DNA from: an uncultured Enterobacteriaceae bacterium
Lineage (GTDB): Bacteria > Pseudomonadota > Gammaproteobacteria > Ga0077536
Direction: 5' to 3'
NCBI GenBank assembly: GCA_964523765.1
Contig: CAZFZX010000003.1
Coordinates: forward strand, 762 to 64,761
DNA length: 64,000 bases
Shown here: positions 31,803 to 43,987 of the stretch, in pieces
Layout: each line of letters starts with the position of its first letter
How positions within the stretch are numbered: the stretch's first letter is position 1
The notes under the pieces: model-generated
What the model was told of the DNA's origin: nothing
What the model saw: the letters and a program-made list of their open reading frames with translations, nothing else
Databases searched by the model: none
Position numbers and translations under genes: made by a program

Positions 31803-34526
31803 TCAGTCCAATTTTCCGTGACAATGTTTGTACTTCTTTCCTGATCCGCAGGGGCACGGTTCGTTTCTACCGATCTTCTTACCCTTTCTGACGAAGGGGG
31901 ATTTCTGCGGTGCCTTCTCTGGCTCATCGCCCGCCAGCGCATTTTGTGGTGACTGGTGCTGATATTGCATCGAGGATTCATCCTGCCGACGCTGTTCCTC
32001 GACTGCTTCGATATCGTCGCGCGCCTTCACTTCGACCTTGGACAAAACGCCGATTACGTCTCGCATTATTTCCTGCAGCATCCGCGCGAACATTTCGAAA
32101 GCTTCACGTTTATATTCCTGTTTCGGATTCTTTTGCGCGAACCCCCGAAGATGAATTCCCTGTCGCAGATGGTCCATCGCCGCTAGATGCTCTTTCCAAT
32201 GACCGTCAAGCACCTGCAGCATGATGGCCTTTTCGAATTGGCGGAGAACGTCGGCGCCCGCGAGTTCTTCCTTCTCCGAGTATGCGGTTTCGATCTTCTC
32301 TAAGATGCGGTCGCGCAATCCCTCTTCGTCTAAAGTCGGTTCCGATTCGAGCCATTCACCGATCTCGAATTTCCTGCCAAACTCCTGGTGTACAGCTAAA
32401 GTAAGACCTTCGATATCCCAGTTTTCGTCGATACTTTGCGGAGGGATATACGCGTCGATGAATTCGTTCACCACATCATGACGAATACCCTTGATGTTCT
32501 CCGCGACGTCGCCCGCCTCCATCAATTCGCGGCGCTGCTCGTAGACGTGTTTTCGCTGATCGTTGGCTACATCGTCAAACTCAAGTAGCTGCTTTCTAAT
32601 ATCGAAATTGCGTCCTTCGACTTTCCGCTGCGCGTTCTCGATCGCTTTAGTGACCCACGGGTGCTCGATAGCCTCGCCTTCTTCCATACCCAACTTCTGC
32701 ATTAAGGTAGCAACTCGTTCCGAGGCGAATATTCGCATCAGGTTGTCTTCGAGAGACAGATAGAATCGGCTGGAGCCGGGGTCGCCCTGTCGGCCCGACC
32801 GGCCACGCAATTGATTATCGATGCGCCTTGACTCATGCCTCTCTGTTCCGACGATATGCAGCCCGCCTGCCGAGAGCACAGTATCGTGGCGTTCTTGCCA
32901 ATCGGCTCTCGCCACGGAAACCTGCTCCTCGCCGGCGTCATCGAGACCGGCCAATTCGGCCTCGAGCCCACCGCCGAGTACGATATCGGTTCCGCGCCCG
33001 GCCATATTGGTCGCAACCGTGACGGTCCCTGGACGCCCCGCCTGCGCAATGATCTGCGCTTCTTTCTCATGAAATTTGGCATTCAAAACCTGATGCTTGA
33101 GCTTCTCCTTGCTGAGCAGTTCGGACAGATGCTCGGAACTTTCGATCGATGCAGTCCCGACCAACACCGGCTGACCCGACTCGACGCACTCTTTGATGTC
33201 TTCGATAATCGCGGCGTACTTTTCGCCAGCCGTGAGAAATATCACATCCCCGAGGTCTTCGCGGATCATTTCTTTGTGCGTAGGCGCCACGACCACCTCG
33301 AGACCGTAAATCTGCTGAAACTCGTATGCTTCTGTATCTGCCGTTCCCGTCATGCCCGAGAGTTTGTCGTATAAGCGAAAATAATTTTGATAGGTAATCG
33401 AAGCCAGCGTTTGGTTCTCCTGCTGAATCGATACGCCTTCCTTGGCCTCGACCGCCTGGTGAAGACCCTCGGACCAACGCCTACCGGGCATCGTCCGCCC
33501 GGTAAACTCATCCACGATCACGATCTCCCCGTTCGCGACGACATAATCGACGTCGCGCTGAAATAGCGCGTGGGCGCGCAACGACGCATTAACGTGATGC
33601 ATCAGCAATATGTTGGCGGCGCTGTACAGACTCTCACCCTCGGCCAACAGGCCGATCTTCGCCAACAGCAGTTCCACGTGCTCGTGCCCATCCTCCGTCA
33701 ACAAAACTTGCCGCGATTTCTCATCTACCGAGTAGTCCCCTTCTCCGTCTTCCTCCTTTTGCTGCGACAATTTTGGGACGATCTTATCGATTTTGACGTA
33801 GATTTCGCTGCGGTCGTCGGTTGGCCCGGAAATAATGAGCGGAGTACGCGCTTCGTCGATTAAGATGGAATCGACTTCGTCGACGATAGCGTAGACAAGT
33901 TCGCGCTGTACCCGTTGCTCCTTGGTGAAGGCCATGTTGTCGCGCAGGTAATCGAACCCGAACTCATTGTTCGTACCGTAGGTGATATCTGCCGCATAGG
34001 CGTCCTTGCGCTCCTCAGGATCCAGTCCCGACAGTACGACCCCGACACGGAGATCCAAAAAGGAATAAAGCCTCCCCATCCATTCGGCATCACGTTTCGC
34101 CAAGTAGTCGTTCACCGTAATGACGTGAACACCGCGTTTCGGTAACGCGTTAAGATATGCTGCGAGCGTGGCGACGAGAGTTTTGCCTTCTCCGGTTCGC
34201 ATTTCGGCAATTTTGCCCTGATGCAACACCATGCCGCCAAGCATTTGAACGTCGAAATGACGCATATCCACCGTCCTCTTCCCGGCTTCACGAACGACGG
34301 CAAAAGCTTCCGGTAGTAGGTCGTCGAGGGTCTCCCCTTTGTCGAGTCGCGACCTGAACTCCTGGGTCTTCTGCGCTAAGCGCTCATCGGAAAACGCCGC
34401 GTACTCGGCTTCGAGTTCGGCGATTCCGTTGACGGATTTTCCGAGCTTTTTGAGGAACCGGTCGTTGCGGCTTCCGAATACCGAGCGGACCAGCTTTTGC
34501 GACAATTTAAGGGGGTTGGCACTCAT
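31803..34526 (-). CDS. secA: preprotein translocase ATPase SecA
   Basis: 907 aa. Motor motifs MRTGEGKT and [19 protein letters not shown], and a C-terminal zinc finger [14 protein letters not shown]. Confidence 0.98.
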   Translation of the reverse strand: MSANPLKLSQKLVRSVFGSRNDRFLKKLGKSVNGIAELEAEYAAFSDERLAQKTQEFRSRLDKGETLDDLLPEAFAVVREAGKRTVDMRHFDVQMLGGMVLHQGKIAEMRTGEGKTLVATLAAYLNALPKRGVHVITVNDYLAKRDAEWMGRLYSFLDLRVGVVLSGLDPEERKDAYAADITYGTNNEFGFDYLRDNMAFTKEQRVQRELVYAIVDEVDSILIDEARTPLIISGPTDDRSEIYVKIDKIVPKLSQQKEEDGEGDYSVDEKSRQVLLTEDGHEHVELLLAKIGLLAEGESLYSAANILLMHHVNASLRAHALFQRDVDYVVANGEIVIVDEFTGRTMPGRRWSEGLHQAVEAKEGVSIQQENQTLASITYQNYFRLYDKLSGMTGTADTEAYEFQQIYGLEVVVAPTHKEMIREDLGDVIFLTAGEKYAAIIEDIKECVESGQPVLVGTASIESSEHLSELLSKEKLKHQVLNAKFHEKEAQIIAQAGRPGTVTVATNMAGRGTDIVLGGGLEAELAGLDDAGEEQVSVARADWQERHDTVLSAGGLHIVGTERHESRRIDNQLRGRSGRQGDPGSSRFYLSLEDNLMRIFASERVATLMQKLGMEEGEAIEHPWVTKAIENAQRKVEGRNFDIRKQLLEFDDVANDQRKHVYEQRRELMEAGDVAENIKGIRHDVVNEFIDAYIPPQSIDENWDIEGLTLAVHQEFGRKFEIGEWLESEPTLDEEGLRDRILEKIETAYSEKEELAGADVLRQFEKAIMLQVLDGHWKEHLAAMDHLRQGIHLRGFAQKNPKQEYKREAFEMFARMLQEIMRDVIGVLSKVEVKARDDIEAVEEQRRQDESSMQYQHQSPQNALAGDEPEKAPQKSPFVRKGKKIGRNEPCPCGSGKKYKHCHGKLD

Positions 34527-34760
34527 ACGGGTCTCGATTCAAGTTTCATTTCTCTGTCTCCGCCGCCCGAAGTGATCAACAACCAAGTAGCCGGGTGGTT
34601 CGTACTCATGCCTGTGCGTTTCGGCATGTTGAAGGCGCCTTGCGAGACGCGCGTAGGTTGTGACTATCGGTACGGTTCCGAGTTCGAAGAAAGAGTAGCC
34701 CGGAATTGTCGCTAGTGTAACAAATTCAGTCGAATGAGCCGGGACAGGACCCGGGGAGGA

Positions 34761-35741
34761 TCAGCGGGATGCGGCTTGACTGATGAACTTCCAGGGATTG
34801 ACGACTTTACCGTCGCGCAGAACTTCGAAATGGACGTGGGGGCCGGTCGATCTGCCAGAAGAACCCAGCAACGCAATGATTCCGTCTTTGTCCACCCTGT
34901 CTCCGATATCAACCAGATTTTTCTTATTATGCGCATAACGAGTAACGTATCCGTTACCATGGTTGATCTCGACCATATGTCCGTATCCCCAACGTTTTCC
35001 CGACCATGTCACGATTCCGGCGCCGATCGAACGGACCTCCAATCCCTGTCTGCCAGCGAAATCGATGCCGCTGTGGAATTCTTTTATGCCGGTCACGGGA
35101 TGCGTGCGAAAACCAAAGGCGGAAGAGATCCAACCGTCTTCGATTGGCCGACCGTCCGGGTGCATATCGTCGCGAAGTCGACGGTCGAAAATGAGGGCTT
35201 CCAAGGCATCGAGCCGATCTTCACGCATCGCGAGGTCCGCGCCCAGGACTTCCAGATTGACGATTAAGGAATCCCATTCGGGCGGTACGAAATTATCGGG
35301 CACCGGGCCACCAATGGCCGGCACTTCCGACAACCCGAATTCAGCGGGATCGAGATCTGCGACCGAGACGAGCCGTTCGGCCAGGGCATCTAGGCGCGTT
35401 ACGTGCGCTTGGAGACTACCGGCCCGGATCGCGAGGGTACTCAGATTAGACTGCGCATCGAGGCGAATGCTGCTGATGAGCTTGCGCTGCGCGACCAGTT
35501 CCCGCTGCCAAAAGGATGCCGCGAATTGAGGGTCGGTCAACATCGCGTTCGTGATCGAATCGGCTCCTCGCAGGTATCCCCAATAAGCCACGCCACTGGC
35601 GGCCCCGGCGAGCAAGAGCAACGCGATCAAAAGGCCCGCAAACCGGATCCGCGCTCGACCCAAGGCGCCTTTGGATTTCGAAATGAGTACGAGTTCCATG
35701 GCTTTTCGGTACCGCAACAACCCCCTTCGGGTTACACTCAA
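34761..35741 (-). CDS. M23 family metallopeptidase (LytM domain, membrane-anchored)
   Basis: 326 aa with an N-terminal TM helix and a coiled region. LytM motifs HSGIDFAG, GYGHMVEINHGNGYVTRYAH and GPHVHFEV. Confidence 0.88.
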   Translation of the reverse strand: MSVTRRGLLRYRKAMELVLISKSKGALGRARIRFAGLLIALLLLAGAASGVAYWGYLRGADSITNAMLTDPQFAASFWQRELVAQRKLISSIRLDAQSNLSTLAIRAGSLQAHVTRLDALAERLVSVADLDPAEFGLSEVPAIGGPVPDNFVPPEWDSLIVNLEVLGADLAMREDRLDALEALIFDRRLRDDMHPDGRPIEDGWISSAFGFRTHPVTGIKEFHSGIDFAGRQGLEVRSIGAGIVTWSGKRWGYGHMVEINHGNGYVTRYAHNKKNLVDIGDRVDKDGIIALLGSSGRSTGPHVHFEVLRDGKVVNPWKFISQAASR

Positions 35742-35765
35742 CCCTAGAGAATCGAAACGCTCCGT

Positions 35766-36209
35766 ATGTCATCCCCCACTAGACTTGACGCTATTGTCAC
35801 CCAAAACTCGATTCTACGGCAATTATTCCGTCAGGCCGCAGAACATCGAGACCTCGATCTCCGTATAAAACGCCTACTCGACGAACCCGTACAGAGCCAC
35901 ATTCGGGTCGCGGTGGTTCGTGACGGCAATCTCGTGCTCGTGGCAGATTCGCCGGCCTGGGCTGCCAAATTACGCTACCAGATCCCGGATTTGCGCCGGC
36001 GAATGCACGAAAACACCGCATTTCCCGAAATTGAAGCCATTCGGGTGAAAGTGGCCAAATCCGACACCCCGCGGCAGCCAGACGTACGCCCGCCGCAAAG
36101 CCCTTTGAGCAGAGGCGCAGCGGAAGGGGTTAAACGTCAGGCCGAGTCAGTGAAGGACCCGGTGCTGCGGGAGGCGCTACTACGCCTGACGGAATTGCGC
36201 AAACGATAA
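35766..36209 (+). CDS. DUF721 domain protein (DciA-like)
   Basis: 147 aa. The core VRDGNLVLVADSPAWAAKLRYQIPDLRRRM fits the DUF721 pattern. It lies between the M23 gene and lpxC, as the DUF721 gene does in Pseudomonas. The family call is from memory. Confidence 0.6.
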   Translation: MSSPTRLDAIVTQNSILRQLFRQAAEHRDLDLRIKRLLDEPVQSHIRVAVVRDGNLVLVADSPAWAAKLRYQIPDLRRRMHENTAFPEIEAIRVKVAKSDTPRQPDVRPPQSPLSRGAAEGVKRQAESVKDPVLREALLRLTELRKR

Positions 36210-36235
36210 AAATCACGCGATCTTTGAGGTCGCCG

Positions 36236-37147
36236 CTAATTTGCCGGCATCGGTTGCATGAACGATATCGGCGCCGCGCTTTCGTTCTTGAACGATACCA
36301 ATTCCCATGCTTCTTTGTTTTCTAGCAGTTTTCTGAGAAGTCGGTTATTCAATTCGTGCCCGGATTTGTGCCCGTGAAACGATCCAATCAAGCTGTTGCC
36401 GAGCAAATAGAGATCACCAATTGCATCGAGTATTTTGTGTTTAACAAACTCGTCTTCGTAGCGTAAGCCATCTTCGTTAAGCACGCGGTAATCGTCGACA
36501 ACGACCGCATTGTCTAAGCTTCCACCCAATGCGAGGTTTCGCTCGCGGAGAAGTTCAACGTCCCGCATAAACCCAAACGTCCGCGCACGACTCACTTCCT
36601 TTACGAACGACGTTGTCGAAAAATCAATTTCCGCGTGCTTGCTGCTTTGCTGAAAGAACGGGTGCTCGAATTCGATTGCGAAAGAAACCTTGAAACCATC
36701 GAAAGGCTCAAAGCGGGCGCGCTTGTCTCCGTCTTCGATCTCGAGGGTTCGTTTGATTCGAATAAATCGTTTTGCCGCCGCTTGCTCCTCAAACCCGGCC
36801 GATTGAATAAGGAACACAAACGGGCCTGCGCTACCGTCCATAATGGGGACTTCTGCGGCACTGACATCGACGTATGCGTTATCTATCCCGAGACCGGCAA
36901 AGGCGGACAGCAGATGCTCGACCGTCGCAATACGCTTCCCGTAGCGCGATAAGCTTGTGGACAAGCTTGTATCGCCGACAAACTCCGCGCGGGCCGGAAT
37001 CTCGACGGGTGGCTCCAGGTCGGTTCGCCTGAAGACGATACCGGTATCAGGCGCGGCCGGGCGCAGGGTCAAGAAGACCTTTCTTCCGGTATGAAGCCCA
37101 ACCCCTGTAGCACGGATGACGTTCTTAAGCGTACGTTGCTTGATCAT
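36236..37147 (-). CDS. lpxC: UDP-3-O-acyl-N-acetylglucosamine deacetylase
   Basis: The canonical N-terminus [21 protein letters not shown] begins at the second Met (37147); the tracked ORF starts at 37171. The protein ends ...PISFMQP. Confidence 0.95.
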   Translation of the reverse strand: MIKQRTLKNVIRATGVGLHTGRKVFLTLRPAAPDTGIVFRRTDLEPPVEIPARAEFVGDTSLSTSLSRYGKRIATVEHLLSAFAGLGIDNAYVDVSAAEVPIMDGSAGPFVFLIQSAGFEEQAAAKRFIRIKRTLEIEDGDKRARFEPFDGFKVSFAIEFEHPFFQQSSKHAEIDFSTTSFVKEVSRARTFGFMRDVELLRERNLALGGSLDNAVVVDDYRVLNEDGLRYEDEFVKHKILDAIGDLYLLGNSLIGSFHGHKSGHELNNRLLRKLLENKEAWELVSFKNESAAPISFMQPMPAN

Positions 37148-37318
37148 TTCCCCCCGCTTCCCCCTAAGCAAGGCAGATTTTGCGGCGATAGTACCACATA
37201 ATCAGGTCTTCGGCGAAACACGACCAATGCTTAAAACCGAGGAACAACTCGGCAACGGTCGCGCCAGACCAATCGGCCGTTACACGAACTTCATCTACGA
37301 ATAGCGCGTCGCCTCTTC

Positions 37319-38461
37319 TTAATCGGCCTGCCGGCGCAAAAATGCCGGGATGTCTAGATGGTCAGGGTCGACCATCTTCTCGTCCTTGGCCTGCGCCATT
37401 TCTGGTTTGTTTCTAATCACGGTCGGCCGCTCCAAGACTTTGTAGTCGGGTTCCGGCTCTTGCGGTCTTGCGATCAGCGAAATGCCTTCGTCTTTGCTGC
37501 GCCCGTCGCTACCTATCCCCGTAGCGACAACCGTCACTCTGACCTGGTCTTCCATGTTTTGATCGATAACGGTACCGACGACGACGGTCGCGTTATCCGA
37601 AGCAAACGATTTCACGGTATTTCCGACCTCTTCGAACTCTCCCATGGTCAGATCCATGCCCGAGGTGATATTCACCAGAATACCTTTCGCGCCCGACAGA
37701 TTAATATCCTCCAAAAGCGGGCTCGATATTGCGGCCTCCGCAGCTTGCCGTGCGCGATCCGACCCGCGCCCGCTGCCCGATCCCATCATCGCCATCCCCA
37801 TTTCGGCCATGACGGTTCGCACATCGGCAAAGTCAACGTTAATGAGTCCCGGGCAGGTGATCAATTCCGCAATACCTTGAACCGCCCCGAGTAGAACATC
37901 GTTCGCCGCCTTGAAAGCGTCGAGTAGGGTGATGTCGCGTCCCAGTACGCTGAGCAGTTTCTCGTTCGGGATCGTGATCAAGGAATCAACAAATTGACTC
38001 AACTCCTTGATACCGTCGTTCGCGATTTCACTGCGTTTTCGTCCTTCGAACGGAAAAGGTTTCGTCACGACCGCGACGGTAAGGATCCCCATTTCTTTGG
38101 CGATCTGTGCGACGACGGGAGCACCGCCAGTACCCGTGCCGCCCCCCATCCCAGCGGTAATGAAGACCATGTCCGATCCTTCGAGCACGTCGCTGATACG
38201 ATCGCGATCTTCGAGCGCAGATTGACGCCCGATTTCAGGATTTGCACCCGCGCCAAGCCCTTTTGTTATGTCGCACCCGAGTTGCAACCCGGTTTTAGCG
38301 GACGAGTTTTTCAGGGCCTGCGCGTCGGTGTTCGCGCATACGAAATCGACCCCCTCTATTGCCGCGCCCAACATATGCTGTACGGCGTTGCCGCCGCCAC
38401 CACCTACTCCAACTACCTTTATTACAGCACTCTGACTGTAGGCATCCACAAGTTCAAACAT
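37319..38461 (-). CDS. ftsZ: cell division GTPase FtsZ
   Basis: 380 aa. Tubulin signature [11 protein letters not shown] and C-terminal peptide [11 protein letters not shown]. Confidence 0.98.
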   Translation of the reverse strand: MFELVDAYSQSAVIKVVGVGGGGGNAVQHMLGAAIEGVDFVCANTDAQALKNSSAKTGLQLGCDITKGLGAGANPEIGRQSALEDRDRISDVLEGSDMVFITAGMGGGTGTGGAPVVAQIAKEMGILTVAVVTKPFPFEGRKRSEIANDGIKELSQFVDSLITIPNEKLLSVLGRDITLLDAFKAANDVLLGAVQGIAELITCPGLINVDFADVRTVMAEMGMAMMGSGSGRGSDRARQAAEAAISSPLLEDINLSGAKGILVNITSGMDLTMGEFEEVGNTVKSFASDNATVVVGTVIDQNMEDQVRVTVVATGIGSDGRSKDEGISLIARPQEPEPDYKVLERPTVIRNKPEMAQAKDEKMVDPDHLDIPAFLRRQAD

Positions 38462-38612
38462 ATTGGCCCCTCCGCATTATGGTGCTACGCACTAGTCAAG
38501 TAACCCGCAGTGTAGATGCGCAACTACTCTAGGTATTTCAATGCCGAAAGCGAGCGGCGTAACACTCGATTTTGGCAAGACGCTTCCATTTTTACAGTCG
38601 CTTCGCATTGGA

Positions 38613-39845
38613 CTAAAAAGTCCCGTGAAACCAGTTTTTCATTCGCTGCCACATACCCCCGGGACTGTCGAACTGATTGTGTTGGCTGAGCGAGTTGCCC
38701 GCTTGATTTCCGAAAAGTAGCAGGCCGACCCCAGTTGCATATATTGGGTTTCGCACAACGTCAACCAGACCGGTTATGTACTGTGGCGCCCCAAGGCGGA
38801 CGGGCATGTGGAATACTTCCTCTGCTAGTTCGATGGCGCCGTCCATTTTCGATCCGCCTCCCGTAAGAACTACGCCGGCGGCGACCATTTCTTCGAAACC
38901 GCTCCGCTTCAATTCGGCGTGCACTAGATTGAACAACTCTTCGTACCTCGGTTCGACGACTTCGGCTAATGTCTGGCGTACGAGCCGCCGGGGTGGACGA
39001 TCGCCGACACTGGGGACTTCTATCGTTTCCTCCGGATTAGCGAGTTGCGTCAGGGCGCAAGCGTACTTGATCTTGATATCCTCCGCGTGATGCGTTGGCG
39101 TCCTTAACGCCACGGCAATGTCGTTAGTAACCTGATCGCCTGCGATCGGGATCACTGCCGAATGGTGTATGGCGCCATTAACGAATATTGCTATATCTGT
39201 CGTACCTCCACCGACATCACACAGACACACGCCTAAATCCTTTTCGTCTTCGGTCAGTACCGCGTGGGACGACGCCAGCTGCTGCAAAATTACGTCATCG
39301 ACCTCGAGGCCGCATCGCCTAACACACTTAACAATATTTTGTGCAGCGCTGACCGCACCTGTGACCATATGGACGCGAGCTTCGAGGCGCACGCCTGACA
39401 TCCCAATCGGTTCTCGGATCCCCTCTTGCCCATCGATAATGAACTCCTGCGGCAGTATGTGGAGTATCTTTTGATCCGCCGGAATCGCGACTGCCCGGGC
39501 GGCATCGATTACACGCTCGACATCGCTCGCGTTTACTTCGCCGTCTCGGATTGCCACTATCCCGTGGGAATTCAAGCTACGAATATGGCTACCCGCGATA
39601 CCGGCGTAAACCGAATGTATTTCGCAACCCGCCATCAATTCGGCTTCTTCGACCGCACGTTGAATTGACTGCACGGTCGACTCGATATTGACAACTACCC
39701 CTTTTTTCAATCCTCTGGACGCGTGTGAGCCAACGCCCACGACTTCCAAGCCGCTTTCCGCAGAGATTTCGCCAACGATGGCGACCACTTTCGATGTTCC
39801 AATATCGAGGCCGACGATCAAGTTTTTGTCCGGTTTTCTTACCAT
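38613..39845 (-). CDS. ftsA: cell division protein FtsA
   Basis: 410 aa, actin-like. Motifs VGLDIGTSKV and DVGGGTTDIA. Confidence 0.96.
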   Translation of the reverse strand: MVRKPDKNLIVGLDIGTSKVVAIVGEISAESGLEVVGVGSHASRGLKKGVVVNIESTVQSIQRAVEEAELMAGCEIHSVYAGIAGSHIRSLNSHGIVAIRDGEVNASDVERVIDAARAVAIPADQKILHILPQEFIIDGQEGIREPIGMSGVRLEARVHMVTGAVSAAQNIVKCVRRCGLEVDDVILQQLASSHAVLTEDEKDLGVCLCDVGGGTTDIAIFVNGAIHHSAVIPIAGDQVTNDIAVALRTPTHHAEDIKIKYACALTQLANPEETIEVPSVGDRPPRRLVRQTLAEVVEPRYEELFNLVHAELKRSGFEEMVAAGVVLTGGGSKMDGAIELAEEVFHMPVRLGAPQYITGLVDVVRNPIYATGVGLLLFGNQAGNSLSQHNQFDSPGGMWQRMKNWFHGTF

Positions 39846-39892
39846 TCGGTAAAACTCCGATTAGTCACCGCTATTCGCTAACATGAGACTTC

Positions 39893-40663
39893 TCACCCAT
39901 TATCAACCGATTTGATTCTTTCTCGAATCGCGAATCCGTTCGTGTATCGGAGATCGACCAGCGCCACACCGTCCCAGTTTTCTTTTAACACACGCTCGAA
40001 TACCCCGCTGAAGCGGACCAAGCGTTCCACGACCGCTTGCCGTCCGATCATCAGGGTAGCGCCGCCTTCAAGACCGACCGCCCAAGCTCGACGCTCCGAC
40101 AAATCAACCCTGGCGATGCGCAAACCGACTTTATCCAAGCTTTTCTTTATCGAGAAATAGCGGGTCAACAATTCGTTCTCGGTGCCGATCGGGCCGTCCA
40201 ATATCACTAGACTAGGGGGAATCGTTTTCGAATCTGGCACAAAAATATCGGCGAATTGATTCAGCAATGCGTATTCGCCCCAACGGGCTACCGCGCCGTG
40301 TTCCTGGATGCTCACCCGGATCGTATCCGGCCAGACGCGCCGAACGGCCGCATCAAAGATCCATGGTTCATCCAATATCCGCGCGCGCACGACAGCGACG
40401 TCGACTCCAAAAAATCCGCGGTGCACCGCGTTCGATACCAAACGTTGGACGTGTTCCGAAGTCAGATGATGAAATTCGCCTTCGACCGCTATCTTCCGTA
40501 TCGGAAAGGCCAACGGGTCGCGTAGTTGCTGTATCAGGTAGCCTCCGTATGCGAACATCAAAAAGGCGAACATCCCGACGATCAGCAACAGCGGGTGGCG
40601 ACCCCGACGACTTGAGTTTTCGGGGTTGCGTTCTGCTTGTACGGTTTTTCTTGCTTTGCCCAC
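39893..40663 (-). CDS. ftsQ: cell division protein FtsQ
   Basis: 256 aa. Basic N-terminus, one TM helix, and a POTRA-containing periplasmic part. The GTG start shares 1 nt with the ddl stop. Confidence 0.88.
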   Translation of the reverse strand: MGKARKTVQAERNPENSSRRGRHPLLLIVGMFAFLMFAYGGYLIQQLRDPLAFPIRKIAVEGEFHHLTSEHVQRLVSNAVHRGFFGVDVAVVRARILDEPWIFDAAVRRVWPDTIRVSIQEHGAVARWGEYALLNQFADIFVPDSKTIPPSLVILDGPIGTENELLTRYFSIKKSLDKVGLRIARVDLSERRAWAVGLEGGATLMIGRQAVVERLVRFSGVFERVLKENWDGVALVDLRYTNGFAIRERIKSVDNG

Positions 40664-41616
40664 TATTCGACACCGCCGAAGCTAGTTCCAAGTATCTTCA
40701 CTACGAGCTCGTCAAAGTTCATACCGGCCGCCGCGGCCGCCATCGGGACTAGCGAGTGATCGGTCATGCCCGGGACAGTGTTCAGTTCGATCAACCAGGG
40801 CTCGTCCTGTTGGTCGAGCATGAAATCGACCCGCCCCCAACCGCTGGCACCCAAGGCGTCGAAAGCGTTCACGCTTAAGTCTATGCAGCGGCCGACCAAA
40901 TCGTCTGACAGACCGCAAGGACAAATGTAGCGCGTGGTATCCACTACGTATTTAGCATCGTAGTCGTAAAACTCGTGCGGGGTTTCGAGTTTGATTATGG
41001 GCAGCGGATCGTTAGCGACAATGGACAATGTATATTCGCCACCGCTAACCCAGCTTTCAACCAATACCGTATCGTCATAGGCTAGCGATCCTTCGATCGC
41101 GGCCTCCAACTCTGACGACTCGCAGACCTTAGTCGCGCCTAAGCTCGATCCTTCGCGCGCGGGTTTCACCATGACCGGAAAACTCAAATCATGAGGAAAA
41201 GCCTTTGCGCTATCGCCCCGCCTAAATACGGAGAATGCTGGCGTCGCTAGACCAACGCTCTGCCATATTTGTTTTGAGCGGACTTTATCCATCGATAGGG
41301 CGCAGCCGAACAAATCGCTTCCGGTGTACGGTATCTTCAATATTTCGAGCAAGCCTTGTACGGTACCGTCTTCGCCGCCGCGACCGTGGAGAGCAATAAA
41401 TACGCGATCCGGGCTACACTCGGCCAACAGGCTTACCAGATCGTCATTCCAGACGAGTTCCCGTGCATCCACACCTACCCGTAGCAGCGAAGCGGTAATG
41501 GCTCTACCGCTATCCAACGAAATCTCGCGTTCTGCCGAACTTCCACCCATCAATACAGCAACGCGTCCCGCCGTTGATAGGATCTCGTCTTCTGTACGTT
41601 GTCGTATTGTCGACAT
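40663..41616 (-). CDS. ddl: D-alanine--D-alanine ligase
   Basis: 317 aa, ATP-grasp. Motifs VFIALHGRGGEDGTVQG and LIELNTVPGMT. Confidence 0.95.
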   Translation of the reverse strand: MSTIRQRTEDEILSTAGRVAVLMGGSSAEREISLDSGRAITASLLRVGVDARELVWNDDLVSLLAECSPDRVFIALHGRGGEDGTVQGLLEILKIPYTGSDLFGCALSMDKVRSKQIWQSVGLATPAFSVFRRGDSAKAFPHDLSFPVMVKPAREGSSLGATKVCESSELEAAIEGSLAYDDTVLVESWVSGGEYTLSIVANDPLPIIKLETPHEFYDYDAKYVVDTTRYICPCGLSDDLVGRCIDLSVNAFDALGASGWGRVDFMLDQQDEPWLIELNTVPGMTDHSLVPMAAAAAGMNFDELVVKILGTSFGGVE

Positions 41617-41619
41617 CGT

Positions 41620-42540
41620 TCAACTCGCGACGCTCTCCGATCGTTGTCGACATCCGATAATCCTCACCTCCGGCTCAAGGATCACTCCAAATTTCCTTGC
41701 TACAGATTCTCGAACCTCCGTTATTAGTTCCTCGATATCCGCCGCGCTCGCGCCTCCGTCATTAATAATGAAGTTGGCGTGCTTGCTGGAAACGTGGCAG
41801 CCACGACATCCCACGCCTTTAAGCCCCGCCTCTTCGATGAGCCGACCCGCAAAATCCCCAGGAGGGTTTTTAAATACCGAGCCGCAGCTCGCTTGGCCGG
41901 TCGGTTGCGAAGCGCTCCGCTGGGCGAGAAACTCTCGGATCTCCTGCTCGCTTTCAATGTTTGATTTGGCATTGAAGCGCAACACGGCGCTGACAAACCA
42001 GTGTTCCTCGGGAACATCGACGTTACGATAAGACGGCGTGAACCGAGATCGATCACAGCTTTGGACCACACCCTCTCGGCTGACTAACTCAACGCTTTCG
42101 ACTAACGTCCAGGTTTCATACCCGAACGCCCCGGCATTCATCGCCAATGCACCGCCGATGCTACCCGGGATACCAGCCAGAAACCCGCCCCCACCCAGCG
42201 CCCGCCCGGCCGCCTCTTTAGCGATTTTCGCGCAGGGCGTGCCGCACTGGACGTACAACCGGTATTCGTCCAGCCATTCGATATCGTTGAGGGTAGCCAC
42301 GGTCGATATAACCGTTCCGGCTAACCCGCCGTCTCGAATCAATACGTTGCTGCCAAGACCGATCCAGGTGATCGGTTCGCCGCGGTCCGTTAGCTTCAAA
42401 TATGCGACCAAATCGTCCAAGTCCGCGGGTTCGAAGAAACGCTCCGCGCGGCCGCCCGCCCGCCACGAGCAATGACGCGACATCGGCTCTTCCGTAAGCA
42501 AGTTACCCCTCACATTTGCCATTTCGAGTTGCGATCCCAT
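41620..42540 (-). CDS. murB: UDP-N-acetylenolpyruvoylglucosamine reductase
   Basis: 306 aa with an FAD-binding domain (GLGSNVLIRD) and GSVFKNP. Confidence 0.94.
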   Translation of the reverse strand: MGSQLEMANVRGNLLTEEPMSRHCSWRAGGRAERFFEPADLDDLVAYLKLTDRGEPITWIGLGSNVLIRDGGLAGTVISTVATLNDIEWLDEYRLYVQCGTPCAKIAKEAAGRALGGGGFLAGIPGSIGGALAMNAGAFGYETWTLVESVELVSREGVVQSCDRSRFTPSYRNVDVPEEHWFVSAVLRFNAKSNIESEQEIREFLAQRSASQPTGQASCGSVFKNPPGDFAGRLIEEAGLKGVGCRGCHVSSKHANFIINDGGASAADIEELITEVRESVARKFGVILEPEVRIIGCRQRSESVAS

Positions 42541-42553
42541 CTATCCAACGGCC

Positions 42554-43987
42554 CTATTCTTGCCGCGCCGGCGATTCCTGGTCCGGCTCGAACTGCATGA
42601 GTTCGGCCACCCGACCTATGCTGCCGGCTCCTAGCAACAACACGATGTCCCCATTTTTTGCAATACCGCCTAGTACGTCGATGAATTGCCCGAGTTCCGG
42701 TACGAAGATCGGATCGACCTTGCCGCGAAGTCTGATAGCGCGACAAAGCGCCCGCCCGTCTGCCCCCGGAATTGGCTCCTCTCCGGCGGGATATACGTCG
42801 AGAACCGCCAGCGCATCAACGGTAGTCAATGCATCCACGAAATCTTCGAAGAGATCGCGCGTACGCGTATAACGGTGCGGTTGGAAAGCGACCAACAACC
42901 GTCTGCCGGGCCAGCTGTCGCGCACTGCCTTTACGGTTACCCGAATCTCGCTGGGATGGTGCCCATAGTCATCGATTACGGACACGCGTGCGCTACCGAT
43001 TCGCGTTTCGCCCATCCACTGGCAGCGGCGACCGATCCCTTGGAAGGAAGACAGGGCCTTGACAATTGCTTCGCCCGGCACCCGCAGTTCCGACGCGACG
43101 GCGATCGCCCCGAGCGAGTTGAGCATGTTGTGCTCGCCGGGCATGTTCAACGTCACGTCCAAAATGTCCGGGGAATTGTGCTGCGCCACTTTATAGGTCG
43201 ATTTTCCGGCAAGTTGTCGAAAATCGAACCCCCGAATATCGGCGCGTTCGTGGGTGCCATACGTTACTACGCGGCTGTGGAGTTCCGCCAACATGGTGTT
43301 CGCATTCGGATCGTCGATACATACAACCGCCACCCCGTAAAATGGCAAGCGTTTGAAAAAGTCTATGAAACTTGTTCGCAACCTGCAGAAATCACCGCCA
43401 TACGTCTCCATGTGGTCAGCGTCAATGTTGGTCAGCACCGCCATTAAGGGATTAAGAAGCAAAAATGAGGCGTCGCTTTCATCGGCTTCGGCAACGAGAA
43501 AGTCCCCGGCTCCTAAACGTGCGTGCGAATCGACCGAATGAACGAGGCCGCCAATGACGAACGTAGGGTCCATTCCTGCCTCCGCAAGGATCGCGGCGAT
43601 CAGGCTCGTTGTAGTCGTCTTGCCGTGAGTTCCGGCGACCGCGATCCCTCGCCTGAACCGCATCAATTCGGCTAACATTTCAGCCCGCGGTACGGTCGGG
43701 ATCCGCTTCCCGCGAGCGCTTACGAGTTCTACGTTATCGCGCGGGATCGCAGTCGAATAAACGACAACATCCGATCCTTCGATGTTTTGCTCATCGTGAT
43801 GATCGAATACCGTCACGCCGATTGTCTGCAGGTGCTGCGTCATTCGGTTAGAGCTATGATCGGATCCGGAAATCTCATAGCCCAGATTGTTCAGAACCTC
43901 CGCTATGCCACTCATGCCCGCGCCGCCGATCCCGACGAAATGAATCCGGCGCACGTTCTGCATTGGGCCCACATCGGATTCATGCAT
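42554..43987 (-). CDS. murC: UDP-N-acetylmuramate--L-alanine ligase
   Basis: Motifs IHFVGIGGAGMSGIAE and the Mur-ligase P-loop AGTHGKTTT. The likely start is ATG 43987 (ATGCATGA overlap with the murG stop) or ATG 43963. The tracked 572-aa ORF is an over-extension into murG. Confidence 0.94.
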   Translation of the reverse strand: MHESDVGPMQNVRRIHFVGIGGAGMSGIAEVLNNLGYEISGSDHSSNRMTQHLQTIGVTVFDHHDEQNIEGSDVVVYSTAIPRDNVELVSARGKRIPTVPRAEMLAELMRFRRGIAVAGTHGKTTTTSLIAAILAEAGMDPTFVIGGLVHSVDSHARLGAGDFLVAEADESDASFLLLNPLMAVLTNIDADHMETYGGDFCRLRTSFIDFFKRLPFYGVAVVCIDDPNANTMLAELHSRVVTYGTHERADIRGFDFRQLAGKSTYKVAQHNSPDILDVTLNMPGEHNMLNSLGAIAVASELRVPGEAIVKALSSFQGIGRRCQWMGETRIGSARVSVIDDYGHHPSEIRVTVKAVRDSWPGRRLLVAFQPHRYTRTRDLFEDFVDALTTVDALAVLDVYPAGEEPIPGADGRALCRAIRLRGKVDPIFVPELGQFIDVLGGIAKNGDIVLLLGAGSIGRVAELMQFEPDQESPARQE